Both the position numbers and the translations under genes were made by a program. The notes beneath the pieces are model-generated. The model made no database searches. It worked only from the letters and a program-made list of their open reading frames with translations, and had not been told where the DNA came from. 64,000 nt of DNA from an uncultured Chloroflexia bacterium (GTDB taxonomy: Bacteria > Chloroflexota > Limnocylindria > Limnocylindrales > CSP1-4), in NCBI GenBank assembly GCA_963749705.1, contig CAVVNQ010000007.1, forward strand, positions 9,591-73,590, read 5' to 3'. Shown in pieces: positions 7,831-17,872 of this stretch. How positions within the stretch are numbered: the first letter of the stretch is position 1; each line of letters begins with the position of its first letter.

Positions 7831-8736
7831 ATGGCCGTCGAAGTTCGCATTGATGCACCGGGCCTGACCCTCGACCCCGGGCGGGTCACCGTCCGGGAGG
7901 CCGTCGATGCCGACTGGGAGGCTGCCGGCCGGATCTGCTACCTGGCCTTCGCCACGCTCGCGGCGCACCACGGCTTCCCGCCCGACTTTCCCACCGTCGA
8001 GGCCGCCGCCCAGCCGATCCGCCAGCTGATCAACCACCCGCACATCCATGGCGTGGTCGCCGAGCGCGATGGGCGGATCGTCGGCAGCAGCTTCCTCGAC
8101 GAGCGGTCGCTGGTCTCGGCGATCGGGCCGGTGAGCGTCGATCCGGACACCCAGGACGGGGGCGTCGGGCGAGCGCTGATGACGGCGATGCTCGATCGAG
8201 TCGCCGAGCGCGGTGCGCCCGGGGTTCGGCTGGTCCAGATCGCCTACCACAACCGGTCGCTGAGCCTGTACGCGAAGCTCGGCTTCGAGGTGCGCGCGCC
8301 GCTGGCCGCGATGCACGGCGACCCGATCCGCGTCGCGATGCCCGGGTACGCGGTCCGCACGGCCACCGCCGCGGACGAGGCTTCCTGCAACGCGCTGTGC
8401 GTCCGGGTCCATGGGCACGATCGCGCCCAGGAGCTGGCCGAGGCGGTGGCGACCGGGACGGCCCGGGTCGTGGAGCACCTCGGCCGCATCACCGGGTACA
8501 CGACCGGGATCTCCTACTTCGCCCACTCCGTCGCGGAGTCCAACGACGCCCTGTGCGCGCTGATCGGCGATGCGGACGGGATCCCGACCCCGGGCATCCT
8601 CGTCCCGCTCGACAACGCGCCGCTGTTCCGCTGGTGCCTGGCGCACGGCCTGCGCGTGTTCTTCGTGACCACGCTGATGGCGAAGGGGATCTACCAGGTG
8701 CCGCGAGGCGCCTGGATGCCGTCCGTCGGGTACTGA
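7831..8736 (+). CDS. GNAT-family N-acetyltransferase with an extra C-terminal domain
   Basis: 301 aa. Acetyl-CoA motif region (VDPDTQDGGVGRALMTAMLDRVAERG...LYAKLGFE). SD GGAGGA upstream. Confidence 0.75.
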   Translation: MAVEVRIDAPGLTLDPGRVTVREAVDADWEAAGRICYLAFATLAAHHGFPPDFPTVEAAAQPIRQLINHPHIHGVVAERDGRIVGSSFLDERSLVSAIGPVSVDPDTQDGGVGRALMTAMLDRVAERGAPGVRLVQIAYHNRSLSLYAKLGFEVRAPLAAMHGDPIRVAMPGYAVRTATAADEASCNALCVRVHGHDRAQELAEAVATGTARVVEHLGRITGYTTGISYFAHSVAESNDALCALIGDADGIPTPGILVPLDNAPLFRWCLAHGLRVFFVTTLMAKGIYQVPRGAWMPSVGY

Positions 8737-8787
8737 CCGCCGCGCGTCGGGACCCGACTGCGCCACGGACCCCCGGTCGGGGCCGGG

Positions 8788-9537
8788 TCAGCCCACCCGG
8801 GCGACGGCTGCCGCGTCCTCGACATCGAACCGGACATCGAGCGCATAGCGCGAGCCCGGATACCGCGACTCCGTCGCCTCGACCGTGCGACCGCGACTGT
8901 CGCTGATCACGCGGCGCTCGACGAGCAGCGGCTCCCCGGGTGCGACGGCGAGGAGCTCGGCATCGTGCGCGCTGGCCGCCTCGGCCGTGATCGTCCCCTC
9001 GCCGCGTCGCAGGTGCCAGCCGCCGACGGCCAGCGCCTCGTGCAGCGACCCGGTCTCGAGGTCCGCGGCGAGCACGGCGTCGGCCGTCCGCCCGTCGAGG
9101 ACGGCGGTCTCGATCACCATCGGCACGGTGTCCGCGAGACGCAGCCGCTCCACGACCACGACCGGCTCGGACGCGCTGAGGCCGAGGGCCGCTGCCTGAT
9201 CGGGCGTGGCCGGGCGGACCTCCCGCGTGAGCAGCTGCGAGGTTGGGTTGCGACCCAGGCGCTCCATCTCGTGCGAGAACGCGAGCAGCCGGTCCGCGTA
9301 GCGATGCGCCGGCGGGGCGACGACGAACGACCCGCGGCCCGGGACCCGTCGGACGAGGCCTTCGTCGACGAGCCGCTGCATCGCGTTGCGGGCGGTCATC
9401 CGGCTGACCGTGAACTCGAGGCACAGGTCGGCGTCCGACGGCAGGCGGTCCCCGGGACGCATGGACGCGATCCGGACGCGCAGCGACTGCTCGATCTGGC
9501 GGTAGAACGGGACCCACGATTCCGGCCCGTGCGTCAT
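8788..9537 (-). CDS. GntR-family transcriptional regulator, HutC subfamily (wHTH + UTRA)
   Basis: LPSDADLCLEFTVSRMTARNAMQRLVDEGLVRRVPGRGSFV plus a UTRA-like C-terminus. ATGA overlap with the upstream ROK gene. The rest of ORF 8788..10266 is an artefactual extension. Confidence 0.9.
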   Translation of the reverse strand: MTHGPESWVPFYRQIEQSLRVRIASMRPGDRLPSDADLCLEFTVSRMTARNAMQRLVDEGLVRRVPGRGSFVVAPPAHRYADRLLAFSHEMERLGRNPTSQLLTREVRPATPDQAAALGLSASEPVVVVERLRLADTVPMVIETAVLDGRTADAVLAADLETGSLHEALAVGGWHLRRGEGTITAEAASAHDAELLAVAPGEPLLVERRVISDSRGRTVEATESRYPGSRYALDVRFDVEDAAAVARVG

Positions 9538-10469
9538 GCGACGGCCCCCCGCTCGGCGCCGTGCACCGCCGCCCCGATCGACCCGGCCCACGTGCCGAGC
9601 TTCGCCGGCACCACCGTCACGGCCTCGAGCGCGGTTGTCCGGACGCGCTGCTCGAGCTCCGCCCGGATCGGCGCGAACAGCAGCTCGCCGGCGGCGGCCA
9701 CGCCGCCGCCCAGGACGACCCGGTCGGGCGCGATCACCGTGATCATGTTCGCGATCCCGATCCCCAGGTACCGCCCGATTGCGGCCAGCCCGGCCTGCGC
9801 CCGCGCATCGCCGCCGGCGGCCGCGCGGACCGCCGCCTCGGCGGTGTCCGTCCCGCACGCCGCGGCGATCTGATCCGCCCGGGCGTACGCCTCGAGACAG
9901 CCACGGTTGCCACAGCCGCACCACGGGCCGTCGGGGTCGATCGTCTGGTGGCCGATCTCGCCGGCCGTCCCATCGTGACCCAGGAGCACGACGCCCCCGA
10001 TGGCGACGACGCCGCCGACCCCCGTCCCCAAGGTCAGCCCGATCATCGTGCCGGCGCCGCGGCCGGCACCCAGCCGGAGCTCCGCGAGCCCGAACGCCCG
10101 GGCGTCGTTGATCAGGAACGCGGGCACGCCCGCAGCGGCCGCCACCGGCGCGGCAACCGGGTGGTCCGCCCACGGCCCGGGGATGTTGACCAGGAAGCGC
10201 GTGGTCCCTGCCACCGGATCGTACAGCCCGGGCACCCCGATCCCGACGCTGAGCACCGGCCCCCATTCGTCGATGGCGACGGCCGCGACCTCGCCCAGCT
10301 GGGCCACGACCGACGCCGGCACCGCGGCCGGATCGGGCACGAGGCGGGTGGGCACCTGCCCGTTGGCCAGCATGGTCCAGGCGCCCGCTTCATGCGCGAC
10401 GACCGCCCACTTGAGGTTGGTCGCGCCCAGGTCGAGGCCGAGGTGCCTGGTTGCGGCCTCGTGGGTCAT
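9534..10469 (-). CDS. ROK-family sugar kinase
   Basis: GLDLGATNLKWAVV ATP motif, GxGxGGG (GLTLGTGVGGV) and the ROK zinc motif CGCGNRGCLEAY. Confidence 0.9.
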   Translation of the reverse strand: MTHEAATRHLGLDLGATNLKWAVVAHEAGAWTMLANGQVPTRLVPDPAAVPASVVAQLGEVAAVAIDEWGPVLSVGIGVPGLYDPVAGTTRFLVNIPGPWADHPVAAPVAAAAGVPAFLINDARAFGLAELRLGAGRGAGTMIGLTLGTGVGGVVAIGGVVLLGHDGTAGEIGHQTIDPDGPWCGCGNRGCLEAYARADQIAAACGTDTAEAAVRAAAGGDARAQAGLAAIGRYLGIGIANMITVIAPDRVVLGGGVAAAGELLFAPIRAELEQRVRTTALEAVTVVPAKLGTWAGSIGAAVHGAERGAVA

Positions 10470-10489
10470 CTCAGGGCTCGATCCGCGGC

Positions 10490-11479
10490 TCAGGACTCGG
10501 CCGTCACGCGGGTGTAGGCGGCAGCGACGGCGACGATGATCGACCCGAACACGATCTGGCGCCACGGCTCGGGCAGGCCGAGGATCGTCAGCAGCGCCGT
10601 CAGCACGGTCAGGATCAGCGCGCCGAGCATGGTGCCGGTGAACGTGCCGCGCCCGCCCAGGATCGAGGTCCCGCCGATGACCGCGGCGGCGACCGAGGGC
10701 AGCATCTGCGACTGGACGAGGGTGACGCTGGCCGTATTGCCAAGTCCCGAGTAGAGCAGACCGGCGATCCCGGCCAGGACGGCCGAGATCACGTACAGCA
10801 CGATCAGCACCTGCCAGGACCGCGCGCCGGACAGGCGCGCCGCGACCGGGTTGTCGCCGATGGCGAACAGCAGCCGACCGTAGCCGCTGCGTCGAAGGCC
10901 CAGGAGGATGACCGCGGCGAGCGGGACGAACACGACCAGGCTGAACGGGATCACATCGGCCACAAAGCTGACACCCAGCGTCCGCAGCTCCGGCGGCACG
11001 CCCAATCCTGTCTGGACCATCTGCAGCTGCCACACGTTCGAGAAGCCGAGCACGACGAGGCCCATGCCCAGGGTCATGATCAGCGGGTGCACGCGGAAGA
11101 TGCCGACACCGATGCCGCTGATCAGGCCCGCGATCCCGGCGACCACCAGCGTGACGAGGATCGCCAGGGGAACGCCCAGCGGCCCGACCAGCGTCGCGGT
11201 GACGAAGCCGGCCATCGACGCCACGTAGCCGACCGACAGGTCGATGCCGCCGGTCAGCATGGTCAGCGTCTGGCAGGCGGCAAGGATGGCGAGCGGGATC
11301 GCCGCCCGGGTGACGACGCCGATCCAGCCGGGCTGGACCGTCCCGGGCTGGCCGATCTCGACGGCGAGGATCAGGATCAGCAGCAGGCCGGTCAGCGGGA
11401 CGAGCGGATAGTCGCGCAGGAGGTTGCGCATCGTCGCGAACGGGGAGCTGCGATCGGGGGCATTCACGGCGGCGCTCAT
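10490..11479 (-). CDS. Sugar ABC transporter permease (RbsC/AraH-type)
   Basis: 329 aa polytopic membrane protein. TGGIDLSVG motif typical of the family. Confidence 0.9.
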   Translation of the reverse strand: MSAAVNAPDRSSPFATMRNLLRDYPLVPLTGLLLILILAVEIGQPGTVQPGWIGVVTRAAIPLAILAACQTLTMLTGGIDLSVGYVASMAGFVTATLVGPLGVPLAILVTLVVAGIAGLISGIGVGIFRVHPLIMTLGMGLVVLGFSNVWQLQMVQTGLGVPPELRTLGVSFVADVIPFSLVVFVPLAAVILLGLRRSGYGRLLFAIGDNPVAARLSGARSWQVLIVLYVISAVLAGIAGLLYSGLGNTASVTLVQSQMLPSVAAAVIGGTSILGGRGTFTGTMLGALILTVLTALLTILGLPEPWRQIVFGSIIVAVAAAYTRVTAES

Positions 11480-12483
11480 GTCCGGCTCCGCCGGATCTGG
11501 ACCCAGCTACCCACCATCAGCACTCCGATCAGGATGAAACCCTGGGCCACCAGCGCCATGTTGGAGTTGATGCTCAGGAAGGTCATGTCGGTCCGGATCA
11601 GCTGCAGGATGAGGACGGCGATGATCGGGCCGAAGACGCCGCCCACGCCACCGGCCAGGCTGACGCCGCCGAGGACGATGGCGGCGATGCTGATCAGGGT
11701 GTAGGTCGGCTCCGGGACCGGCGTGCCGATCCCGGTGCTCGCGGTCAGGGCCAGCCCACCAAACGCGGCGAACAGGCCGCCGATCGCGTATGCCATGACC
11801 TTGGTCGGGCCGACGGCCACGCCGCTCCGGAACGCGGCGAGCGGGCTGCTGCCGATGGCATAGATCGACAGGCCCAGGTTCGAGCGCCTGATGGGGATCC
11901 AGACAACGAGGACGATGACCAGGATCACCAGCGCCGCCGTCGGCACCACGCTGATGCCGGTCGAGCCGACCACCAGGTCCTTGAGCCACGTCGCGGCACC
12001 ACCGCCGGGCGACGGCCGGACGAGCAGCGCGAATCCCGACCAGACGAAGAAGGTTGCCAGGGTGACCACGATGTCCGGCACCTTGGTCAGCACCACGAGC
12101 GTGCCGTTGATCGCGCCCATGAGCATGCCGAGGAGGAGGACGCCGATGACGATGGCGACGGCGAGCTCCTCGCTCTGGCCCTTCATCAGCTCCGCCGAGA
12201 CCACGCTGGTGAGGGCCATCATCGAGGCGATCGAGAGGTCGATGCCGCCGGCGATGACGACGACCGCCTGCGCGACCGCCGCCATGACCAGCGGCAGGAC
12301 CGAGACGGCCAGGCGCTGGACGCCCAGCGCGCCGTAGCCAGGCTGGATGACGTTGGTAAGGATCAGCAGCCCCGCGAAGAAGGCGAGCAGGCCGAGCGCC
12401 CAGGCGTTTCGCCGAGCGATCGTGGTCAGCGCCTCGCGCGGCCGGACGCGCAGGGCGTCGAGGGTTCCGTTCGTGACGCTCAT
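11476..12483 (-). CDS. Sugar ABC transporter permease (second, RbsC-type)
   Basis: AGGIDLSIASMM motif and multi-TM. ATGA overlaps at both ends. The upstream part of ORF 11476..13398 is artefact. Confidence 0.9.
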   Translation of the reverse strand: MSVTNGTLDALRVRPREALTTIARRNAWALGLLAFFAGLLILTNVIQPGYGALGVQRLAVSVLPLVMAAVAQAVVVIAGGIDLSIASMMALTSVVSAELMKGQSEELAVAIVIGVLLLGMLMGAINGTLVVLTKVPDIVVTLATFFVWSGFALLVRPSPGGGAATWLKDLVVGSTGISVVPTAALVILVIVLVVWIPIRRSNLGLSIYAIGSSPLAAFRSGVAVGPTKVMAYAIGGLFAAFGGLALTASTGIGTPVPEPTYTLISIAAIVLGGVSLAGGVGGVFGPIIAVLILQLIRTDMTFLSINSNMALVAQGFILIGVLMVGSWVQIRRSRT

Positions 12484-14000
12484 GCGCGGGTGCCAGCCAT
12501 GGGCGCCGTCCCCTCTGCCGGCGACAGGTTGTGCGCCGCGCGGAGCAGTGTCGCCTCGTCGGCCGTTGCGGCATCCACCTCGGCAACGACCTGGCCGCCG
12601 AAGATGACGATCGCACGGTCGCACACGAGCTGGATCTCCTTGAGCTCGGACGTGTACAGCAGGACCGCCGCGCCGGCTTCGGCGAGCTCGCGCAACAGGA
12701 CGTAGATCTGCTGCTTGGTCCGGATGTCGATGCCGCGCGTCGGGTCGAAGCACAGCATCGTCCGGACGCCGCTTGCCACCCAACGCGCGATGGTGACCTT
12801 CTGCTGGTTGCCGCCCGACAGCCGTCGCACCTCGTTGCCCGCGCGGGCATCGATCTGCAGCTTCTCGACCGCGCCGTCGACCGTCCGGCGCTCCTCGCCC
12901 AGGTCGATCAGGCCCCAGCTGCGCAGCCGGGTGCGGAACGGCAGGGCGACATTTTCGCGGACGGAGCGCTGCATCAGGAGCGCCTCGGCCCGGTCCGCCG
13001 GCACGTACACGAGCCCGGCGCGGATGGCGTCTGCAGGGTCCCGGAAGGTCGTGGGCTTGCCGTCCACGAGCAGCTGTCCCGCCGTGGGACGATCCGAGCC
13101 GGCCAGGATGTTGAACAGCTCGTCCTGGCCCTGACCATCGAGCGCAACGATGCCCAGCACCTCGCCCGGATGCAGGGAGAACGAGGCGTCCTGCAGCCGC
13201 CGGGTGGCGGCCAACCCGCGGGCCTCCACGCGTGGGGTGGCATCGCCCGGCCTGGCGGCGCCGCGGTCCTCGAACAGGCGTACCGGCATCCCCTTGATCT
13301 CGCCCAGCATCAGCTCGACGATGCGCTCCTCGGAACCGGCGGTGATATCGACCACGCCGACGGTCTCTCCTTCGCGCAGGACGGTCGCCCGGTCGCACAC
13401 GGCGGCGATCTCGATCATGCGGTGGGAGATGAAGATCACGGATCGATCGCCACCCCGCTGGCGGCCGATCACCTCGAGCACGCGCTCGGTGAGGTTGGCC
13501 GGCAGGGCGGCGGTCATCTCGTCCATCAGCAGCACGTCGGGCTCGATGGCCAGCGCGCGCGCGAGGTCGATGATTCGCAGCGAGGCCAGTGGCAGTCGTC
13601 GCGCCAGGCTCGCCATGTCGAGCTGCTCGAGACCGAGCTCGCTGACCCAGTGGCGGAAGGGCTCGATCGGCGTCCGTGTCAGCCGCAGGTTGGCGCCGAT
13701 GTCGAGGTCGGGGATGAGTGATGGTTCCTGGTACACGGAGACCAGGCCGTTGCGGCGCGCCTCGGCCGGCGAGTGTGAGGTTCGCTCGCGTCCGCGGACG
13801 ACAATGCGCCCGCTGTCGGGATGCACCGCGCCCGTCAGGATCTTGACCAGCGTGCTCTTGCCGGCGCCGTTGGCACCCAGCAGGGCGTGGACCTCGCCGG
13901 GACGCACCGCCAGCGATGCCGACGCGAGCGCGACGACCGCGCCATAGGTCTTGGAGATGCCGGTCGCCTCGAGCAGGAGATCGGTATGGGTGGACGTCAT
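12480..14000 (-). CDS. Sugar ABC transporter ATP-binding protein (duplicated ABC domains, RbsA-type)
   Basis: Walker A GANGAGKST, signature LSGGNQQKV, and a degenerate second P-loop as in RbsA/MglA. Confidence 0.92.
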   Translation of the reverse strand: MTSTHTDLLLEATGISKTYGAVVALASASLAVRPGEVHALLGANGAGKSTLVKILTGAVHPDSGRIVVRGRERTSHSPAEARRNGLVSVYQEPSLIPDLDIGANLRLTRTPIEPFRHWVSELGLEQLDMASLARRLPLASLRIIDLARALAIEPDVLLMDEMTAALPANLTERVLEVIGRQRGGDRSVIFISHRMIEIAAVCDRATVLREGETVGVVDITAGSEERIVELMLGEIKGMPVRLFEDRGAARPGDATPRVEARGLAATRRLQDASFSLHPGEVLGIVALDGQGQDELFNILAGSDRPTAGQLLVDGKPTTFRDPADAIRAGLVYVPADRAEALLMQRSVRENVALPFRTRLRSWGLIDLGEERRTVDGAVEKLQIDARAGNEVRRLSGGNQQKVTIARWVASGVRTMLCFDPTRGIDIRTKQQIYVLLRELAEAGAAVLLYTSELKEIQLVCDRAIVIFGGQVVAEVDAATADEATLLRAAHNLSPAEGTAPMAGTRA

Positions 14001-14020
14001 GGGCTCCTACCGGGATGAGC

Positions 14021-14049
14021 GGGGGTCGCCGGCGGAGCCGGCGACCCCC
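14021..14049 (-). other. Perfect GC-rich hairpin between the binding-protein and ATPase genes (intra-operon stem-loop)
   Basis: gggggtcgccggc / ggag / ccggcgaccccc, a 12-13 bp perfect stem located in the 64-nt gap between 14065 and 14000. Confidence 0.7.
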
Positions 14050-14064
14050 ATTGGGCGGATCAGG

Positions 14065-15174
14065 CTATGCGCCCGAGCAGGACGACGGAACCGTCATCGG
14101 ATCGTAGTCGGTCCAGCCGGGGATCGACAGGCTGAGCGGCCAGGTCGGGTCCATACCGGGGACCGAGACCCACGCCTTGAGATCAGCCTTGCCTTGGTCG
14201 GTCGTGTTGTCCAGGATCTGGGGGTCGAGCAGGATCGTGTTCGGGCGACCCGCGCCCGCGGTCTGCTCGACCGGATCGCCGTTGAGCAGCTTGTAGGCCA
14301 GGCTGACGCCTGCCCCGCCGACGGAGGCCGTGTTGGTCACGGCCGCGCCGACCAGGCCCGGGTAGTCGGTCGGGTTGAGGAGCTGTGCGACGAACGCACC
14401 GATGTCGGCATCGGCGATCGGCACGAAGGGCTTGTTGGCGGCCTTGATGTCGTCAACGAGATAGTTGGCCATGCCCGATGCCCAGATGCCGTCGATCTGG
14501 TCGTACTGGCCGCTGGCGATGAAGTCGTTGCCCAGCTGCGTGGCGGTCGCCGGATCCCAGCCGGTGAACACGCCGGTGGCATCCGGGACGATCTTGATGT
14601 CCGGGTAGTCCTTGAGGACGTTCTTGAACCCGATGTCGCGGTCCGAGTCGGCCGGGTTGCCGGCGATCCCGCGGGTGTACCAGACGGTGCCCTTGCCGCC
14701 GAGCTGGTCGAACAGCCACTTGGCGCCGAGCTCGGCGTACTTGATCTGGTTGTTGTACAGGTTCCACGTGTTCGCGTCGGTCACGTAAGCGTCGACCGAG
14801 ATCGTCACGATGCCCGCGTCATGCGCCTCGGCCAGGGCCGGGTTCAGGGCGTCGGGATCGTTCGGGTTGAACACGATCGCGTTGACGTTCTTGGAGATCA
14901 GGTCGCGCAGGTCGGACAGCTGGCCGGCTGCGTCGGTGTTGCGGTGGATCACGGTGATCGAGGAGATCTTGTCCGTGCCCAGCGCCGTGCCTTCGGCCTT
15001 GGCGGTGCAGACCTGCTCCTCGCGGAAGCCGTTGCCGACACCACCGGCGTTCGAGTACCCGATCGAGTACGGCGCGGTGGCCTTCGAAGTCCCACCCCCG
15101 CTGCCGCACGCACCCACGATGATCGCCATCGCTGTGAGGGCGACCAGGCCGCGGGCCATAGATAGATTCTTCAT
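14065..15174 (-). CDS. Periplasmic-type sugar-binding lipoprotein of the ABC transporter
   Basis: Lipobox LTAMAIIVGAC followed by a GSGGG linker. Type I PBP-like sequence. Strong SD AAGGAGGAG upstream. Confidence 0.88.
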   Translation of the reverse strand: MKNLSMARGLVALTAMAIIVGACGSGGGTSKATAPYSIGYSNAGGVGNGFREEQVCTAKAEGTALGTDKISSITVIHRNTDAAGQLSDLRDLISKNVNAIVFNPNDPDALNPALAEAHDAGIVTISVDAYVTDANTWNLYNNQIKYAELGAKWLFDQLGGKGTVWYTRGIAGNPADSDRDIGFKNVLKDYPDIKIVPDATGVFTGWDPATATQLGNDFIASGQYDQIDGIWASGMANYLVDDIKAANKPFVPIADADIGAFVAQLLNPTDYPGLVGAAVTNTASVGGAGVSLAYKLLNGDPVEQTAGAGRPNTILLDPQILDNTTDQGKADLKAWVSVPGMDPTWPLSLSIPGWTDYDPMTVPSSCSGA

Positions 15175-15264
15175 GTGCTGCGTCTCCTCCTTGCGGCGGC
15201 CCGGGGCTCCAGGGTGGAGCCGGATCCGCCAGGCATGTTCACGTGGCCTTCGCTCGGCGTTACG

Positions 15265-16053
15265 TCATCCTCCTCCTCGCTGGTCGATCGCACGGGCGAG
15301 CCGCCGCGCATGCTCTCGATAGGCCTCATCGAACAACGTCCGCGACCGATCCGCCCCAACGACGCTGGCACGCGTAAGCACGGGCGGCATCGCCTCCCGT
15401 TCCACGAGCAGCTCGGCGGTCCGGACCTTGATCGCGTTGACAATGGCGACAGCGGCCAGGGTGGACCCGGGCCCAACGGGGGTCATCAGCCCGCCAATGG
15501 TCACCATCGCGTCCGCGGGCGGGGTGCACAGGTCGAGGACGAGGTCCGCCTCGTCCAGCAGCCGCGCGCGGGCGGCGGGGCCGGCATCCCCCGACATCGA
15601 CTGGGCCACCGACGTCACCGCGATCACCCGCAGGCCGCGCGCCCGCGCGCCGCGGGCCATCTCGACCGGCACCGCGGAGTGGCCGCCGGCGGAGAACACC
15701 ATCATCACGTCGTGGGGCCCGAAGCTGTAGTTCGACAGGATCACCTCGGCCAGGCCCGGCATCCGCTCGATGAACATCGCCTGGCGCTGTCCGTTGGCGC
15801 CCACCACCTGGGTGTGGAACGTCATCGACAGCTCCACGATCGGATTGAACCCTGGATACGAGCCGTAGCGCGGGAACATCTCCTCGACCGGGATCCGGGA
15901 GTGCCCGGTGCCGAACAGGTGCACCAGCCCGTCGTTGGCGATCGCGTCCGCGCACCACTGGCTGGCCGTCTCGATCGCGTCGCCCTGGGTGGCGGCGATC
16001 CGTCCGAGCACCTTGCCGGCCTCGTCCATCCAGGTCGATGCCGCGGTGGTCAC
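15265..16053 (-). CDS. SIS-domain protein (UPF0309-type sugar isomerase-like)
   Basis: LVHLFGTGHSRIPVEEMFPRYGSYPGF and VMMVFSAGGHSAVPVEMA. GTGA overlap with the upstream oxidoreductase. Confidence 0.8.
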   Translation of the reverse strand: MTTAASTWMDEAGKVLGRIAATQGDAIETASQWCADAIANDGLVHLFGTGHSRIPVEEMFPRYGSYPGFNPIVELSMTFHTQVVGANGQRQAMFIERMPGLAEVILSNYSFGPHDVMMVFSAGGHSAVPVEMARGARARGLRVIAVTSVAQSMSGDAGPAARARLLDEADLVLDLCTPPADAMVTIGGLMTPVGPGSTLAAVAIVNAIKVRTAELLVEREAMPPVLTRASVVGADRSRTLFDEAYREHARRLARAIDQRGGG

Positions 16054-17111
16054 GATGCCGCCGCCATCAGCGGGTCGTCGACCGCGACGCGCTCCCAGGA
16101 ACCGCTGCGCATCGACCGGTACGCGGCATCCAGGACCGCGTTGACCACGTAGCCGTCGCGGAACGTCTCGCGCGGCGGCCGCCCGGCGCGGAAGCTGTCG
16201 ACGACGTCGGCCATCATCGCGTCGTGGCCATGGACCCGCACCTCGTCGGGCACCGGGAACACCCAGCCGGTGTCCGCGTCGGCCTTCTCGCCCAGGTAGC
16301 CGGCCGGTCGCTCGATGAACGCGCGCAGGGACCCGACGCTCATGTCCTCGATGAGCCTCCCCGCATCGCCGTAGGCCTCGAAGCGGCCCTCGAGCCCGCC
16401 CTTCGAGGACCACGAGACGTCGCACGTCGCGGCGCGGCCATCCTCGAACCGGATCACCATCACCGCGTTGTCCTCGCCCCTCGTCCGCGCGCCGTGCACG
16501 AGGGTGTCGCCCCACGCGAACACCTCGCGGATGCCCAGGTCCTTGCCGAACAGGTACCGGGCGCACTCGGTGCCGTGCGAGGCCATGTCCAGGAGCGCGC
16601 CGCCGCCGGCCAGCTCCGCGTCCCAGAAGTGCGGGGCGTGCGGTCCGCTGTGGCCCTCGCGGGCCCGGAACGTGGTCAGCCGCCCGATCGCGCCCGCATC
16701 GATCATGTCCCGCATCCGCATCACGTCGTGGTTGAACACCACGTTCTCGAGATACGCGTTGAACACGCCGGCCTCGGTGACGGCGCGGAGCATGTCCGCT
16801 GCCTCCTCCGCGTTGCGGCCCAGCGGCTTGGTGCACGCGACGCCCTTGCCCGCCGCGGCGGCGGCCAGGACGGCCTCGCGGTGGAGGTGGTTGGGCAGCG
16901 AGACGACGACCAGGTCCACCTCGGGATCCGCGCACAGCGCCGCGATCGAATCGAACGGACGGCTGCCGAACCGCCGGGCGAAGGCGTCGCGCCGTTCCGC
17001 ACCCGCGCCGAAGTTGGCGACGACGTGGGCGTCGGGCACGTAGCGCAGGCCGAGCGTGTGGAACTCGCCGATGAACCCCGAGCCGAGCATCCCCACGCCC
17101 ACGGACCGCAT
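16050..17111 (-). CDS. Gfo/Idh/MocA-family NAD(P)-dependent oxidoreductase
   Basis: N-terminal Rossmann fold VGVGMLGSGFIGEFH, and [12 protein letters not shown] (EKP-like motif). ATGA overlap with deoC-like. Confidence 0.9.
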   Translation of the reverse strand: MRSVGVGMLGSGFIGEFHTLGLRYVPDAHVVANFGAGAERRDAFARRFGSRPFDSIAALCADPEVDLVVVSLPNHLHREAVLAAAAAGKGVACTKPLGRNAEEAADMLRAVTEAGVFNAYLENVVFNHDVMRMRDMIDAGAIGRLTTFRAREGHSGPHAPHFWDAELAGGGALLDMASHGTECARYLFGKDLGIREVFAWGDTLVHGARTRGEDNAVMVIRFEDGRAATCDVSWSSKGGLEGRFEAYGDAGRLIEDMSVGSLRAFIERPAGYLGEKADADTGWVFPVPDEVRVHGHDAMMADVVDSFRAGRPPRETFRDGYVVNAVLDAAYRSMRSGSWERVAVDDPLMAAAS

Positions 17112-17872
17112 CAGTAGCTGCCGTCCGCCGTCGCTGCGGTCGTCCCGCGGCTTTCGCCCGCCTTGCGGGCGCGGAAGTCGAGGATGATCGTCTCGGTCGC
17201 GGTGGCGCCGATCCGGGTCACGCCCAGCTCCATCACGGCGATCAGCGCGTCGAGGGTGCGCACGCCGCCCGCGGCCTTGACCCGGATGTGGGGCGAGGTG
17301 TTGGCGCGCATCAGGCGCAGGTCGTCATGGGTGGCGCCCGACGGTGCGAACCCGGTGCTGGTCTTGACGAAGTCGGCCCCGGCGGCCTCCGACAGGTGGC
17401 AGGCCCGGACCTTCTCGTCGTTCGTCAGGTAGGCGTTCTCGAAGATGACCTTGACGATGGCGCCGTTGGCGTGGGCGAGGTCGACGATGGCGGCGATGTC
17501 CGCCTGGACATCGGCGTCGCGGCCCGACTTGAGCGCCCCGATCTGGAGCACCATGTCCAGCTCCGTGGCACCGTCCGCGAGCGCCTGGGTCGCCTCGAAC
17601 ACCTTGGTCTCGGTGCGGTGGTTGCCGTGCGGGAAGCCGATCGTGGTGCCCACCGCGACGTCGGTGCCGGCGAGCAGCTCCCGCGCCCGGCGGACATCGG
17701 CCGGCCGGACGCACACGGATGCGACGTCGTACTTCGCCGCCAGGCGGCAGCCGGCCTCGATGAACGCGTCATCGAGCTCGGGCCGGAGCAGGGAGTGATC
17801 GATCGTCTTGGCGATGTCACGCTCGGTGAGGGTGTCGATCGAGAGGGTCATGGGGATCCCTGGAGTGCCCAT
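17111..17872 (-). CDS. deoC: DeoC/LacD-family class I aldolase (deoxyribose-phosphate aldolase-like)
   Basis: IDHSLLRP, VCVRP, IGFPHG, VKVIFE, DFVKTSTGF (Schiff-base Lys context). Confidence 0.85.
   Translation of the reverse strand: MGTPGIPMTLSIDTLTERDIAKTIDHSLLRPELDDAFIEAGCRLAAKYDVASVCVRPADVRRARELLAGTDVAVGTTIGFPHGNHRTETKVFEATQALADGATELDMVLQIGALKSGRDADVQADIAAIVDLAHANGAIVKVIFENAYLTNDEKVRACHLSEAAGADFVKTSTGFAPSGATHDDLRLMRANTSPHIRVKAAGGVRTLDALIAVMELGVTRIGATATETIILDFRARKAGESRGTTAATADGSY

Noticed and set aside
7831-8736. GNAT as a TacT-like acetyltransferase toxin partnered with the RHH protein
   Set aside because: The RHH gene is overlapped by and clearly paired with the MazF-like gene. The GNAT is 301 aa with an extra domain, has its own SD and is separated by a gap. 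It is not the ~170-aa TacT/AtaT type.
9538-10266. Upstream extension of the GntR ORF (8788..10266)
   Set aside because: The extension overlaps the ROK kinase gene in another frame. GntR wHTH homology begins right after ATG 9537, which forms an ATGA overlap with the ROK stop.
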